64,000 bases of DNA, taken from Ruditapes philippinarum (Eukaryota). A program made the position numbers and the translations under genes. Numbering within the stretch: the first letter of the stretch is position 1; the number at the start of each line of letters is the position of its first letter. Shown here one piece after another: positions 51,358 to 63,246 of this stretch. The notes below the pieces were generated by a model, which was not told where the DNA came from, searched no databases, and saw nothing but the letters and a program-made list of their open reading frames with translations. The DNA is taken from the NCBI RefSeq assembly GCF_026571515.1, contig NW_026865446.1, positions 186,001 through 250,000 on the forward strand. Direction: 5' to 3'.

Positions 51358-54300
51358 TCACGATACTGTGTGTTTACAGGCTTGGGTACACCGTGCGGAA
51401 AAGTCGGAAGTGTGACAGAATGTTGCGTTACAGAATATGTCAAGTCCTCCATTGTTGTTGAAATACTTGAAATCTTTGTACACAAATCTTGTCTCGTGGG
51501 TAGACTGTGAGATGATATGTGTGTTTCTGTCAACTTCGCATCTAGAACAAAATAGAGCTATGGGTTATTATAAAGTAAGTTTACCTAGTGAGATCTTGAT
51601 CTAAAACCAAGTAATAATAGAGTGCATTTAATGAATAAAGTGAGTTTCTTTTGTAAAAGATTGAGGCCGAAAAAGGCCCTTTCCCATTAAAAAAACGTTG
51701 AATATTTTTTAATTATTTTTACTTTTACTAATCAGCTGAAATATATATGAAAAAAAGCACTAAAAACATTTTATTATTTCCAGAATGAAAAGGTGAATGT
51801 TTCAATAAATTTTGTTAAATCTTCAAAGTATTCTATTAGAATTTGTGATAATTTCCCCAATATTAAAAGCATTGGCTGTTCCGATAAAAAGTAAATAAAA
51901 AATCACTAAAACAACGTACATGTTTTACAAATTAATTTTAATCAACAACGGTTAGTAACGGGGAATCGATGAATCTCCTTACTTTCGTTATTATCAAATC
52001 TTTGAGAGTGAAGGAGTACAAGTCAAACAAATTAAAGTATTTCTTTTCTTTTACATACCACTGCAATTAAACATTTAGATTAAACCTATTCTGAAATGGT
52101 ATCAATTTCAACGTTTTGCTTTTGGCGACCTTTGTGATTCTTATTTTATCTGGAACTGCCTAACTAATTTTTTTATATTACAATTTTTCCTTACCCTTGC
52201 TTTATCAACGTGACATCCATAGCTGATGTGTTTGTTCCTGATGGCCTCGTGTAACACGTGTCTAGTATCATTTTTGTATCCCAATCAGGCAATGTAGTGT
52301 ATACTTTAACGAATACATTTTCTCCAAGTACCACCTTCAGGGGATTTCCGGATATACGGTGTAAAAAGTTAACGTCATTATAATACGTCATAGTTAATCG
52401 GTAGTGACTTGTAAACGAGGCATTATGTACTTCCGTAATATGTTCCACGTGCGATGACGTTACTTCATTGGCATTGACGTCACATTCTACATTAAAAGTC
52501 CACTCGTGTTTCAGAACCACATATGGACGAACAGGGTCGAAAACAATGTAGAATAGGTTGTTTTTGTAAATATTCATGTCCGTATTAAACTGAAATAGAA
52601 TTGTAGGTATAAAGAAAACCGTTTTGTTACAAAACTTGTTATTCGCTATTTGTTAACTTTTTTACCAAATGTGAAAAGGGTAAATAAAAAAAGTGTGAGA
52701 GATCTACTTTGTTGTACAAAATATTTATAATGAGATATATTCTCATAAAATTCATTGCTTCTCAAATGATATAAATATAATCAAATAAGTTGTAGCAGAT
52801 TCTACATTAACGTGATAACACTGTTAACAATGGAAGGTGATTATGGAGTGAGAATGCTGAACTTTCCGTTGATGTGCTTACTTTTTCAGAGGTGGAACAG
52901 GTGTTGAAGCTTTGTTGAAAAAGCAAAATGGAGTTATCAAGATGACCTTGACATTTCTCCGAGCCTAAAAATATATCGGTTGGTTTGACTGAATGGTACT
53001 TCATCTGCAAGCGACTCATGTTGACAGATATATTCCAGTGTGATGCTGTACACTTGACCTCTATAGCATCTTCAAGAAGAAGATGACTTCCTGCAAAAAG
53101 ATTATGATTCAAATTAGGCTCAGATATGTCTGTGGTATTCATAATGTCTTAAATTATTAAAATTCTTGTTTCAATGTAAAAAGGATATATAAAGCATAAA
53201 TATAGCGTTTTTTGTATGAACTTTTAATGAATATTTATTAACTTATAGCTTACTTTAGGGTTTTTCTGATTCATCCCTCCAAAATGTATCTAAATTGTTT
53301 GAAAATAAGAGTATGTTTCAGAATATTAATATATTTCTACACAAGAAAAATATGTTATATTTGAAAATGCTTCTTGGTCATGTTAAATAACGTTTTACAA
53401 TAATTCTTGTAGTCAATTTTGATAAATAATATCACTCACATTGGCTTAAAGAAATACACAGTCATAAACAATCATTAGATTTTTATTTTATTTATTCATT
53501 TTAATTATTCATCTATATATTATTATTGTTATTTTAATTGTTGTTTATTTATTTGTTTGTTTGGGTTGTTGTTGTTGCCTCTGATATTTCTACTATTTGT
53601 CTCAGATGAAATACAGTAAGAACTCATTAACACGTTACTCTGTTTCTGAAAAAAATGTGAAAAAACAACGATTTCAGGACTAAATTACAACTTACCGACG
53701 GTCGATGTTATTGGTGGACACCGGCAACCGTATCTAATAGCATAGTCTAGACAAGTTGCGTACGGAATATGTGGATATGGATGACAGATAAGTCCGTTTA
53801 TATGATCACAAACAACATAAATATGATTATTTGTATCATTGAAATTGACATTAAAAGGCTCTCCCTTAATATCCTTACACTGTGCAGCTATTACTGATCC
53901 TTGAGTGCAAATCTTATCTAATACACTTACTGGTTGATGTTCATAATTTGATCTGAAAAGAAAGGTTTGGTATTTACAATCTGTTGTTCATCCAAAGTAA
54001 TTAAATCAACAACAAAGAAAACAAATGATGATGCGGCAGTGATATTATGTATTCTTATAAATGTGAAAAGTCACAAAGACAAACGTATATTTCAATTGAT
54101 TACTTCTGTAAATTTCTGAACTCGTTTCTAGCATCATTTTGTAAGCAGTGGAGATATTCTGTTGTTATTTGTGTCCTTTTAAACGAGCTTAAAAGTTTAA
54201 AACATTTAAAATGCATGACATTTTTGAAAAATGTTTGTTTAAATCCGTGCACTTTTCATTTATTTATTTATTTTTATGTTGCTTTTCAAATATGTATATA

Positions 54301-57265
54301 CAGATATATAAAAAAAAATTATAACGTGAACGGGCTAGCTGTTTTATACATATTTTTTCTTATGGCTACTTTGCCAGTTGATTTGTTACAAATGATTAAA
54401 ATGATTTAATCAAGTTTAATTAACTAGTGTTTGTAACAGTAACGTTAAATTTGATAAGTTCTTATTGAACTTGATATAAAATTAAGGTGTCACTTCTTAG
54501 GCTATTTAATATATATATTATATATATCAACCACATGGATATCAAGTTTTCAATACTTTAGTATTTACAATTACACTCAACGCAATGTTAAATTGATGCA
54601 ATTGATATACTTCGTAAATAGTGTGAGATTCCAAGTAATTTATCTAACATATTTATTATTTCTGTGATATTGAGACTGCAGAAGCTGGGCAGAGACTGAC
54701 TGTCCTTTGAGTTTTTGCGTGTATTCATACTCGCCACCAGTTGCCCATATGGGCGAGTCCTCCATAAGAATATTAGTCATTTTAGATTTTGGAGGATAGT
54801 GCAATCACAAATAAAGAAAGACGCCCCAATTCAAGAAGCATTTCCCGGTTCTTTAGCATGCTAAGTGTTTAAGCACCCGTACATGGGACCTCGATTCAAA
54901 TTCTCGTCCGTAAGACTGAATAGTAATTTTAGTTTGCCAGCCCGGGAATCGAACCCACAATGTCGGGATTACAAGTCTCGCGCTCTAACCGATTGACCTA
55001 TGCGGGCTGGTTCTGTCCACAGCTTTGAGCTCTATTTATACCTAATAATGTAGTTATATTTAATAATCGTTTTCTGAATTTGAGGAAATCAAGCATCCAA
55101 CAGGTACTGATATTGGGTCGAATATTGGTTAGGATGGTATTGAGTTCGAATGATTTTAAGGACAAATTTTTATATTTTATATCAAATAATAAAAATTTGT
55201 CAGTTTTATCAAATAATTGTTATGAATACATTTTCTAATCTAATACATTATTATTTATATATTTTTTTATTTATCTATAAAACATTCAACTATCCATTTA
55301 AATACAAGATTAAGTATATGTTTACAATAATAACTAACCGGTAATTTAGGTTTAAAACCACTACATATCATAATAGAATCATTATAGAATCTAGGCAGAA
55401 GAGAACAATCGTAACACAAGCAATGTAAGATTTTAATGGAATCCCTTTTTTGTCTTATGATATATTTATTATCACAAAGGTTATAGTGATGAAGCAAAGC
55501 GTCATGTAAGTTGTACAATTTGGCTTAAACATAGAAACAGTTATTTTTCTATATATTCCTCGGTCACCATTCAAAGGGCTGAACATCTTTTAATAGACTT
55601 GACAATTATATCTAAATATAGTAGTTATACATTGTCAATGTGTAATGTAGACACATGATAGGTACCTACCCATTTCTCAATGTAACAGATTCGTTGTACC
55701 ATTTTGAGTCCCAACAAATTTTCTGACCTAAAATAAAAAGAGGATTTAAACAAATTTCAGTTTGATTAATGAACTTAAGTCAACGTGTTAAATTTCCTCT
55801 TATCCTTGAATACCAGTTTACCTAAATTTTCATTCACATGAAAAGATCTTTTTCGAACTGACTAGTCTGACTTGCATGTCGGATCGTAAAGCACTGAAAT
55901 GGAACCAAAAGGCGTACTTGTGAGACAGTTAAATAAATGAGAGTTGTAAAATATAAATTGTGTTGTCAGAGCGCAAAAATGTTGCTGCCTAATTGTGAAT
56001 ATGTTAAGCCGACACAAGGAGATATTTTTCTTCTCCTTGACTTGATATTTTTTTCACTGTGGGAAATTTCCCTTATATAACTAGGTGTCATAGACACTTT
56101 GATCTACAAAGGAGATTTTTGCTACTCCATAATATTGTCACTGTGGGGAGATTCCCCTAAAATAACTGGGTTTCACAGAGTCACAGTCACTTGATAATCA
56201 TGTTATAAGATTACCTTAGTCATTCTGTGGATGCTGCTATTCAAGCAAAGGCAAAGAGTAATAATAATGTAAAAGAAAAACAAACAATTTCAAATACACA
56301 AAGTAATGCTGGACAAATTTCCAGTTTGCCTTTACAAAAAAAGGCCAAATGGCATATATCCGTAATCCTATGTGTCACAGAGTGAGAAAAATGTGCAGCC
56401 TGACCGGGACTCGAACCCGGGACCCTCGGAATACCGTACCGCGGCTCTACCGACTGAGCTATCCGGCCGCTTACACATCTTCTCCCCTTAATAGTGAACA
56501 GTTCTGAACCATTACATACACCCCTGCTATATTGAAATTCGTCCTCGAATTTCACAGAGTTACAGAGCAATTTAAATAAAACTTTGAGCTATATCAGTCA
56601 CGGCCCCCGTTAGGCGCCAAATGTCACAGGGTGAGAAAAATGTGCAGCCTGACCGGGACTCGAACCCGGGACCCTCGGAATACCGTCCCGCCGCTCTACC
56701 GACTGAGCTTTCCGGCCACTTACACATTTTCTCCCGTAATAAGTGAACAGTTCTGAACCGTGATCGAAATTCAAAAATGAAGTGAATGAGGCCCGTCAAC
56801 GTGTTACAGGTCAAATGAAGTTATTAGTATGAAGTTGAATAATGATATGAATGATTGAAAAAGAGACGATAGGGGAATGATATAGAGTATGGGTATGAAT
56901 TACAGAGTATCCTAACAAAGACAAAATGACCCTGTGACATATGGATTAAGGTGTCATAGTCACTTTGAAAATAAATGACAACATTTTTGGATTAATTAAA
57001 ATTAAGACGGATATATTGGCCCTGTTGGCCATTGGATTACGGATATATGCCATTTGGCCGTTTTTTTTTTTGTAAAGGCAAATTGATTTGCTATGCAAAG
57101 ATTTTCCGGGTGTGATATTAGTGGACATAACTCTAAAGTTTTGCATGTGCGAAAACCTGTTAATGGCATTAAAAAGTAGCTAATCGTATTTTTCTACAGT
57201 CATTTCTTACCATGTACACCAGTGAATAATAATCCAAATATTAATAAGAAATAACTAAATTCCAT
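51358..57265 (-). CDS. Secreted CysD/WxxW-like + ZP module protein, copy B (385 aa, 6 exons)
   Basis: Exons 57265-57211, 55727-55670, 53952-53696, 53090-52882, 52589-52195 and 51541-51358 have the same phases as copy A, and exons 2-6 have the same lengths. MEFSYFLLIFGLLFTGVHGQKICWDSKWYNESV...ARCTQACKHTVS*. Confidence 0.9.
54650..55010 (-). mobile_element. tRNA-derived SINE (family 3, possibly Deu-domain type) in intron 2 of ZP copy B
   Basis: Minus-strand head with A box TAGGTCAATCGG and B box GGTTCGATTCC. The gggacctcgattcaaattctcgtccgtaagac block resembles the Deu central domain. The 3' boundary is approximate. Confidence 0.65.
56396..56468 (-). pseudogene. tRNA-Lys-like sequence inside the 3' LTR (not a canonical tRNA gene)
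   Basis: GGCCGGATAGCTCAGTCGGTAGAGC...GGGTCCCGGGTTCGAGTCCCGGTCAGGCTG. D and T arms are perfect, the anticodon and acceptor stems have mismatches, and U33 is absent. Confidence 0.75.
56645..56717 (-). pseudogene. tRNA-Lys-like sequence inside the 5' LTR (not a canonical tRNA gene)
   Basis: Three substitutions relative to 56396-56468. The B box is intact and the A box has T8>A. Confidence 0.75.
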
Positions 57266-60113
57266 CTTTATTAGACTTGTGTACATTAAGACTGTTTTGA
57301 AATGCTCATTTCCTATCTAATATTATTTGATGTGATGAGGCCTTGGAAGTAAATATTCAAACTATGATTTCTGCAAAAACGTCTCGCCTTATTTAAATAT
57401 AAGTGTAAATGTACTTTGGTTTGTGTAACAAAAGTACATTAGTCAATTGTTCATCTGGTAGCATGGTAACATAAAAAGAGGGATTTGGTAAAGATAACAT
57501 AATGTATAACGCTTTTGAATAAATGTCTACAGATATCTGATATTTTAATACAATATTGTTAGAAACCCTTGCATGACTTCTTGCCTCTTAACTTGATGCT
57601 ACACTGATTCAAGGCTGGTTCAAAGGTGAGAGTATTAGATACATTAAGTGGCTCTTTTGTTTAAATTAATCATTAATAGCAAATATTCCGATAACGAGTT
57701 AAGTGTCCATCCACTCCACTTGTCACAAGAGATGCCTATTGAAGAGTTTAATCTATGATAACCTACTCCTGCTTGTTTATTAGTTGTACTACTTGGTTAC
57801 AGGTCAGATTGCTGCATACATTGTCTTATGAGAAATGGTCCCTAAACATACATAAAATTACAGTTACCATGCTTAAGATGTGACTTTTCAAGTAAAATAA
57901 AAATCCCTGACATTCAAATAAAATACTCATATGGGTCTCTTTTCTATACGTTCGAGATATTATCTAAATAAGGGGATATACAGACTAACGTAAACGAGTC
58001 CCTTTTTTCTTGAAAAGGCTATAAAAGAAACGCTGACTCATTCATTATTCTATTTGATTACACGCAGTCATATCAAGGTTAAATTAACTTGATTCAGGCT
58101 AATCTAATTATGACAATTTTGATAAATGTTAATTTAATAGTGGCAAATTTGAATGAAATACTATTAAAACAATTCTTTAAAAAACGCAAAAAAAACCGGC
58201 CAGTTTTGAAATGTTGCAAAGTCGGTTTAACGGATGAACGTAAGAAGCAAAAAGCTACCATTGACGTCCCAGTTCCTCCCCTACCCTTCTTGCACCGATT
58301 ACAGCAGTGTTCCACATCTAAACATAGTCTTCATTATTACATCTGAATTGTCAATTTCATAATGGCTAAATTGTTAAAGGTCAATGTAATAACGCCACGC
58401 TGAATATCATACATTCTATTATGATAAACTTTCAAATTCAAATTTCTTTTGTTTTTTTGCACTTAAAACATTTAAAAAATGCTATGAATTTTAAAGAATG
58501 CAGATAAAAGTTTTGAGGCATCAGCAACAGTGTTACACGAGGCCAACAGAAGATATTATACCACATGACATATGGCACTGACATAGATTCACATTTACAG
58601 ATGTTCATTTGTTAATGAGGACAATACATGGGAGGAAACTCGTATAATCTTTTGCTTGTCTTACATAAACAATTATCTTTCCTGTGTAATATGCGTTATT
58701 AGGTATCTTGTATGATGTCAATTCCAGATATATCAAAGTTGTTATTTGTAATTTGTTAATTGTAATGCATTAACTGTGCTCTATAAATATACTGTGTCTT
58801 ATATTTATGCAATGCCAAGAAGCAATTAAACTTTGTCATTGTCATTATATTATTGGACATATTGAACTAAAAATATAAAACATTTCTATGTAGGAGAAAG
58901 AAATCATATTGATTGATGAGTAGATTAAAAAGAGGAGTATCAGTTTATCGGTGAAATATACACACTACGTGTTTATCATATTCATATTTTATTTGGCTTT
59001 AACTTGCTGATGACTCATACTAATTAATATGATTAATGCATGGTCATTAAATGTGATTTCCATTTTAAACAATGCATTAACTGTTTGTATCCCCTAAATA
59101 TTATGTAAAATAACAAACAAATGGTTTCGATCTACATCCACATCAAATAACTTTAGCAGGAAGTTACATGTAAAATATTAGTTTACAGGTGTTCAATTTA
59201 TATAACTGTGTCAAATAATTGAATGCTAAATTATGAATTTGAAAAAATACATAGAGCCAGTAATTAGAGACAAAGCTGACAGCTTATGATGTGCAATAAA
59301 AAATCAATACAATAACAACTCTCAAATAAACACAATATTTGTTTCATTTGTTAAACAATTTTCTGTACGCGACTTTGTCTGTTGACTTTATATCTAAATC
59401 CTAATTGATGGCGATAGTATTTGGTCTCTTGTAAAAATTAGCTTTCAAAATTCGTTTCATATATTTGAAAAAAGTATTGTAATTTTTTTTAAATATACTG
59501 AAGTCCACACTCTGTATCAAGACAAATAGGTTCATTTAAAGGAGTTCGATGAATGCTGTTTGCCTCTATATGTGTATTTATTGCCTTCAATTCCTGAATT
59601 TGACTGGCTGAAACAAATGTGTTGGTGATATTTATATTTAAACCTTTCAAATCAAGAGTAATCTTGATTCATCAAATTCAAGTTTTATATATCTTATTTG
59701 TGGAGCCAGTTTCTTAATTTGTGTTGTACTGTTTATTATTGTACTGTTACTTTTATCTATTTTGAATTGAAAAAAAATCACGAATGAAACCATGGTCAAA
59801 CATTAATTTTTAGTGCCAAACCATGTAATATTTTCGGTCATGGACAGTATATGGATGAATCGGTTCGATAAGATACAATGTAAAGATACAATATAAATAA
59901 AAGGGATGTTTGGCATATACAGTGATAATTTTATTAGCTCGGAAATATATAATACTTGTCTTTAAATGTCTATAGATATTGAAAAGTTAAACACTTCTTT
60001 CACAGAAACAATTATGTTATTTTAATTTTAAATAAAAGTTTAGAAGAAAAAATTGGGCCCTTTCAGTGATATGTAAGTTGTGGGTAAACTGTATTAATAG
60101 AATCTATCATTAG

Positions 60114-61425
60114 GTTAGATAGAGGATAGAGAAATCCCAGATCGGTTCTGTCAAAAACGAGCCTTGGCGAGCTCCCGATGGAACAGATCGTCCGAGGTTG
60201 GGATTTCTCTATCCTCTATATCTAACTAAATGATTGATTAAATTTCTCACTCACCAGAAACAAAATATAAATAACAGTGAAACTACTTCCTATGCGCATT
60301 TCAACTTTGTTTGATATTTTATGTTAAATACAAAACAAGTTTGAAGGACCCTGAAACTGCAGATGTGATGTACAAGTAAATTGAGACTATGTACAGACAG
60401 AATAGAGTTTACATACATGTAACAACGTCGGGTATTTTCGTGGGAGGGGTACTTTCGTGGTTTCACCGTTTTTCCGGTATAAATAAGTTTTGAGCGCACA
60501 CATGGTTCCGGTCACGTAATTTCTTGGAAGTTTGCATTTAATGTAAACACTGCCAAAGTTTTTTTTCAAAAATGGAATGTAGGAAGGTCAGTAGAAATAC
60601 CATTTATGTAGATACAAATATTTTTACCTGTTTTCCTAAATCCCAAAAGTTTGACAATTTTCTAATCAGTCTTAAAATACACCAAAAATATTTGACAGTT
60701 CGGCTACAATTTGACTATTCTCCCAACCACAGGTCACGTGACTTTCATTGATGAAAAGTGGTCTCACATAGTAATTTTTTTTGACAAATGACTGATGGTA
60801 CCTTATGACAAAAACCCGGAAGTGGTAAGTAAATTAATTTACATATCTATTCAGTATGGTCACCTCTTCTACCCACAAAACACAAACAAGTGCCCATATC
60901 TCACTATCAGGAAGTGTGGGAGATGTAATATATGTCATAGATGGGTATACTTGACATTTGCTCAGAAGTTAGAGTTTTGAGACTTGGGGACACTTTCCTA
61001 TGCCACAATTGTAAAAAATTATTTATGTGAGACCTCCAAATGTAAATAGTGAACTGTTCCTTTTCCTGCCGTTTTTGTTATTTAGGTTTTCTGACATTTT
61101 AATCGTGTTGAAAACAATGATAATTGCTTGAAAAGGGATTTAATGCTAAAAAATATGGATTTTTCTTTCTTAAAAACTGTTTTATCAGTAATCACATGTT
61201 CCACGAAAATACCCATCGGAGAAAAATGCTAGCTCTGCTTTAGTACCGGAAAGTATGTACATTGTATTTTTATGTTAAAATTAGGTCATCTGTTAAAAGT
61301 TATTATTTTGTGTATGTAAATGAATGGTTTATTTAAACTTAATTGCATTTAATTAAATTTGTGAAAAATATCCGTTACGTCAACGACAGTGTCCTTATAC
61401 CCACGAAAATACCCTACGCGGGGAT
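60114..61425. mobile_element. Probable non-autonomous element starting with a long palindrome (right end uncertain)
   Basis: Palindrome ttagatagaggatagagaaatccca...tgggatttctctatcctctatatctaa (60114-60225). gggtattttcgtgg at about 60430 is inverted relative to ccacgaaaataccc at about 61201 and 61401. Confidence 0.45.
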
Positions 61426-63022
61426 ATATTGAGTCATTTAGTATTAAGCTATACTGGCTTCTAGTTTAAACATATTTATTTCCCGAAAATAAACAAATAC
61501 ATATATACATATATTTATACATACAAATCAAACATATTTTAAATAAATTCATATTTCAAGAATAGGATAAGAACGTAAGACTAATCTTATTAAATTCTTC
61601 TCCTTTTTACACTAGAAAGGAGAAGAATTTTGTAGAACTCATCACTGTATGCTCCTTATTAATGACTTAATATTACTCGTTTGTACAAAAATAACGTATA
61701 AAGAGTTACTAGCATTTTTTATATATTTCTACATAAGTTAATATAATACTATAAATGTATGGTATGATAATATTGATAAATGTATGACATTGTTTTACCA
61801 GCCTTACTAAATGAAACTAAATTTTGGTTACTTAACACCGAAACTTCACACGTACATTGAAACATTAAATTTAATTACAAATTCAAGGGTTAAAAATAAT
61901 GTTTTGAATTAACAACGTATGGTGTAAAACAATTAAACTCTTCATTCGAATTCATATTTTAGTTAAGAATAAAAGGAAAAAATGTAACCCAAAAGTAGAA
62001 ACACTAAAATTTGAAGAATACTTTTTCCTGTTGTAAAGTAACTTTCCTTATTTATATAAACAAACAACACTAATTTAAATATATTTAACATTACTTTGTA
62101 ATTATGTTGTCTCCAAAGCGCATAAAAATTCTTCATTTTGTGAAATAACCTATGCAAACCTCTAAATTGATATTTTCACAATGTAATGAAAATATTTGTG
62201 GCAAGTAAATGATATTATGTCTTTTATACACATTGGAAATCACACATGTCCTGTATAGGTATTCCGATTATTCATATTTATACAAGTTATGTAACCATTA
62301 GCTACTCTAACTGTTACTATGACAACCTATCTTGGACAACAATTGTAAACATCTACTGTTTGCCTTTGGTAATATGAGGTTGACATTTCATTTTATGTGT
62401 ACACAAAAATATTCAACAATCGACTGAAAAGGTATTAAAACTGGTTTTAAAAATCGAATATATATACATAGCAACAATTTTGTCATAGTTTCGAGATTTT
62501 CAAAATGTATTCCTTTTCTTTTCTTTTTTTTTTGTTGTTGTTGTTGTTATTTTCTATATTTACATCAGATGTACATATATTGTCGAACATGTGTAGGTTT
62601 GTTATGTTGTTAAACTAATAAACTACATGTATATAAAATATACCAGCATGACTAATTACCATGCATAGTACAAATAGTATTAGTACCGTGCACACGTTTT
62701 TCATACCTTCAAATCTGAAGTTAATTTAAAGTGTGTACATTTATGCATATTGTTTCGGATATAGTTGCACAAACGTTCCAGATATTGACTTTTATAAGCG
62801 AAATCTATTGTAATTACCAGCATTGCTACGAATTGTAAATTCTTCATCGTGTAATAAATTTAAATGCATGGAAACAAACAAAATGTAATAAAATGATTTT
62901 TAAGAAAATAAAAGAGAAATAAGATAATTAAAAATGGTTTTAGAAATATGTATAAGATATATACAATATATACAGTTTGATGTTGTTTTTTATATTTGTA
63001 AGCTACATAACTGAACTGCTTG

Positions 63023-63246
63023 TTTGTTTGTTTGTTTGTTTGTTTCATTTTACGCCTTTTCCCAACAGTATTTAAGTCATATGGGCGGGTAGGTTCCTAA
63101 CCATCGTTCCTGGAGAGTTAGACCGGTACTAGACTACCTTCCTCCGCGCTTAACTACCAAAGCATCTCCCGGGGATCGAACCCACGCCAGAGAGGTAACT
63201 GGATTAGAAGTCATAGACTCTAACCCCTCGACCACGGAGGCGATCC
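63023..63246 (-). mobile_element. tRNA-derived SINE (family 1), full length with a 15-bp TSD
   Basis: Reverse complement of the 2610-2824 element with a (CAAA)n tail. TAACTGAACTGCTTG occurs at 63008-63022 and 63247-63261. Confidence 0.9.

Larger units (their letters stand above)
56373..56939 (-). mobile_element. Miniature LTR retrotransposon (TRIM) with a tRNA-derived sequence inside each LTR
   Basis: Direct repeats 56373-56516 and 56622-56763 begin tgtcacag. On the minus strand, the PBS TGGCGCCTAACGGGGGC (56603-56619) lies 2 nt after the 5' LTR and the purine tract AGCAGGGG precedes the 3' LTR. TATG is duplicated at 56369-56372 and 56940-56943. Confidence 0.85.
56322..57085. mobile_element. 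MITE with TIRs of about 50 bp, interrupted by the TRIM insertion
   Basis: cagtttgcctttacaaaaaaaggccaaatggcatatatccgtaatcc (56322-56368) and its reverse complement at 57034-57085. Confidence 0.8.
41000..58080. repeat. Tandem segmental duplication carrying the two CysD-ZP genes (unit A about 41000-50410, unit B about 50411-58080)
   Basis: Collinear homology of 3' flanks (41000-41300 vs 50411-50730; 42400-42960 vs 50760-51330), all exons, most introns, and 5' flanks (49590-50410 vs 57265-58080). Confidence 0.9.

Noticed and set aside
56396-56717. Two apparent tRNA genes
   Set aside because: The anticodon arms are broken, U33 is absent, and both lie inside the LTRs of a TRIM.
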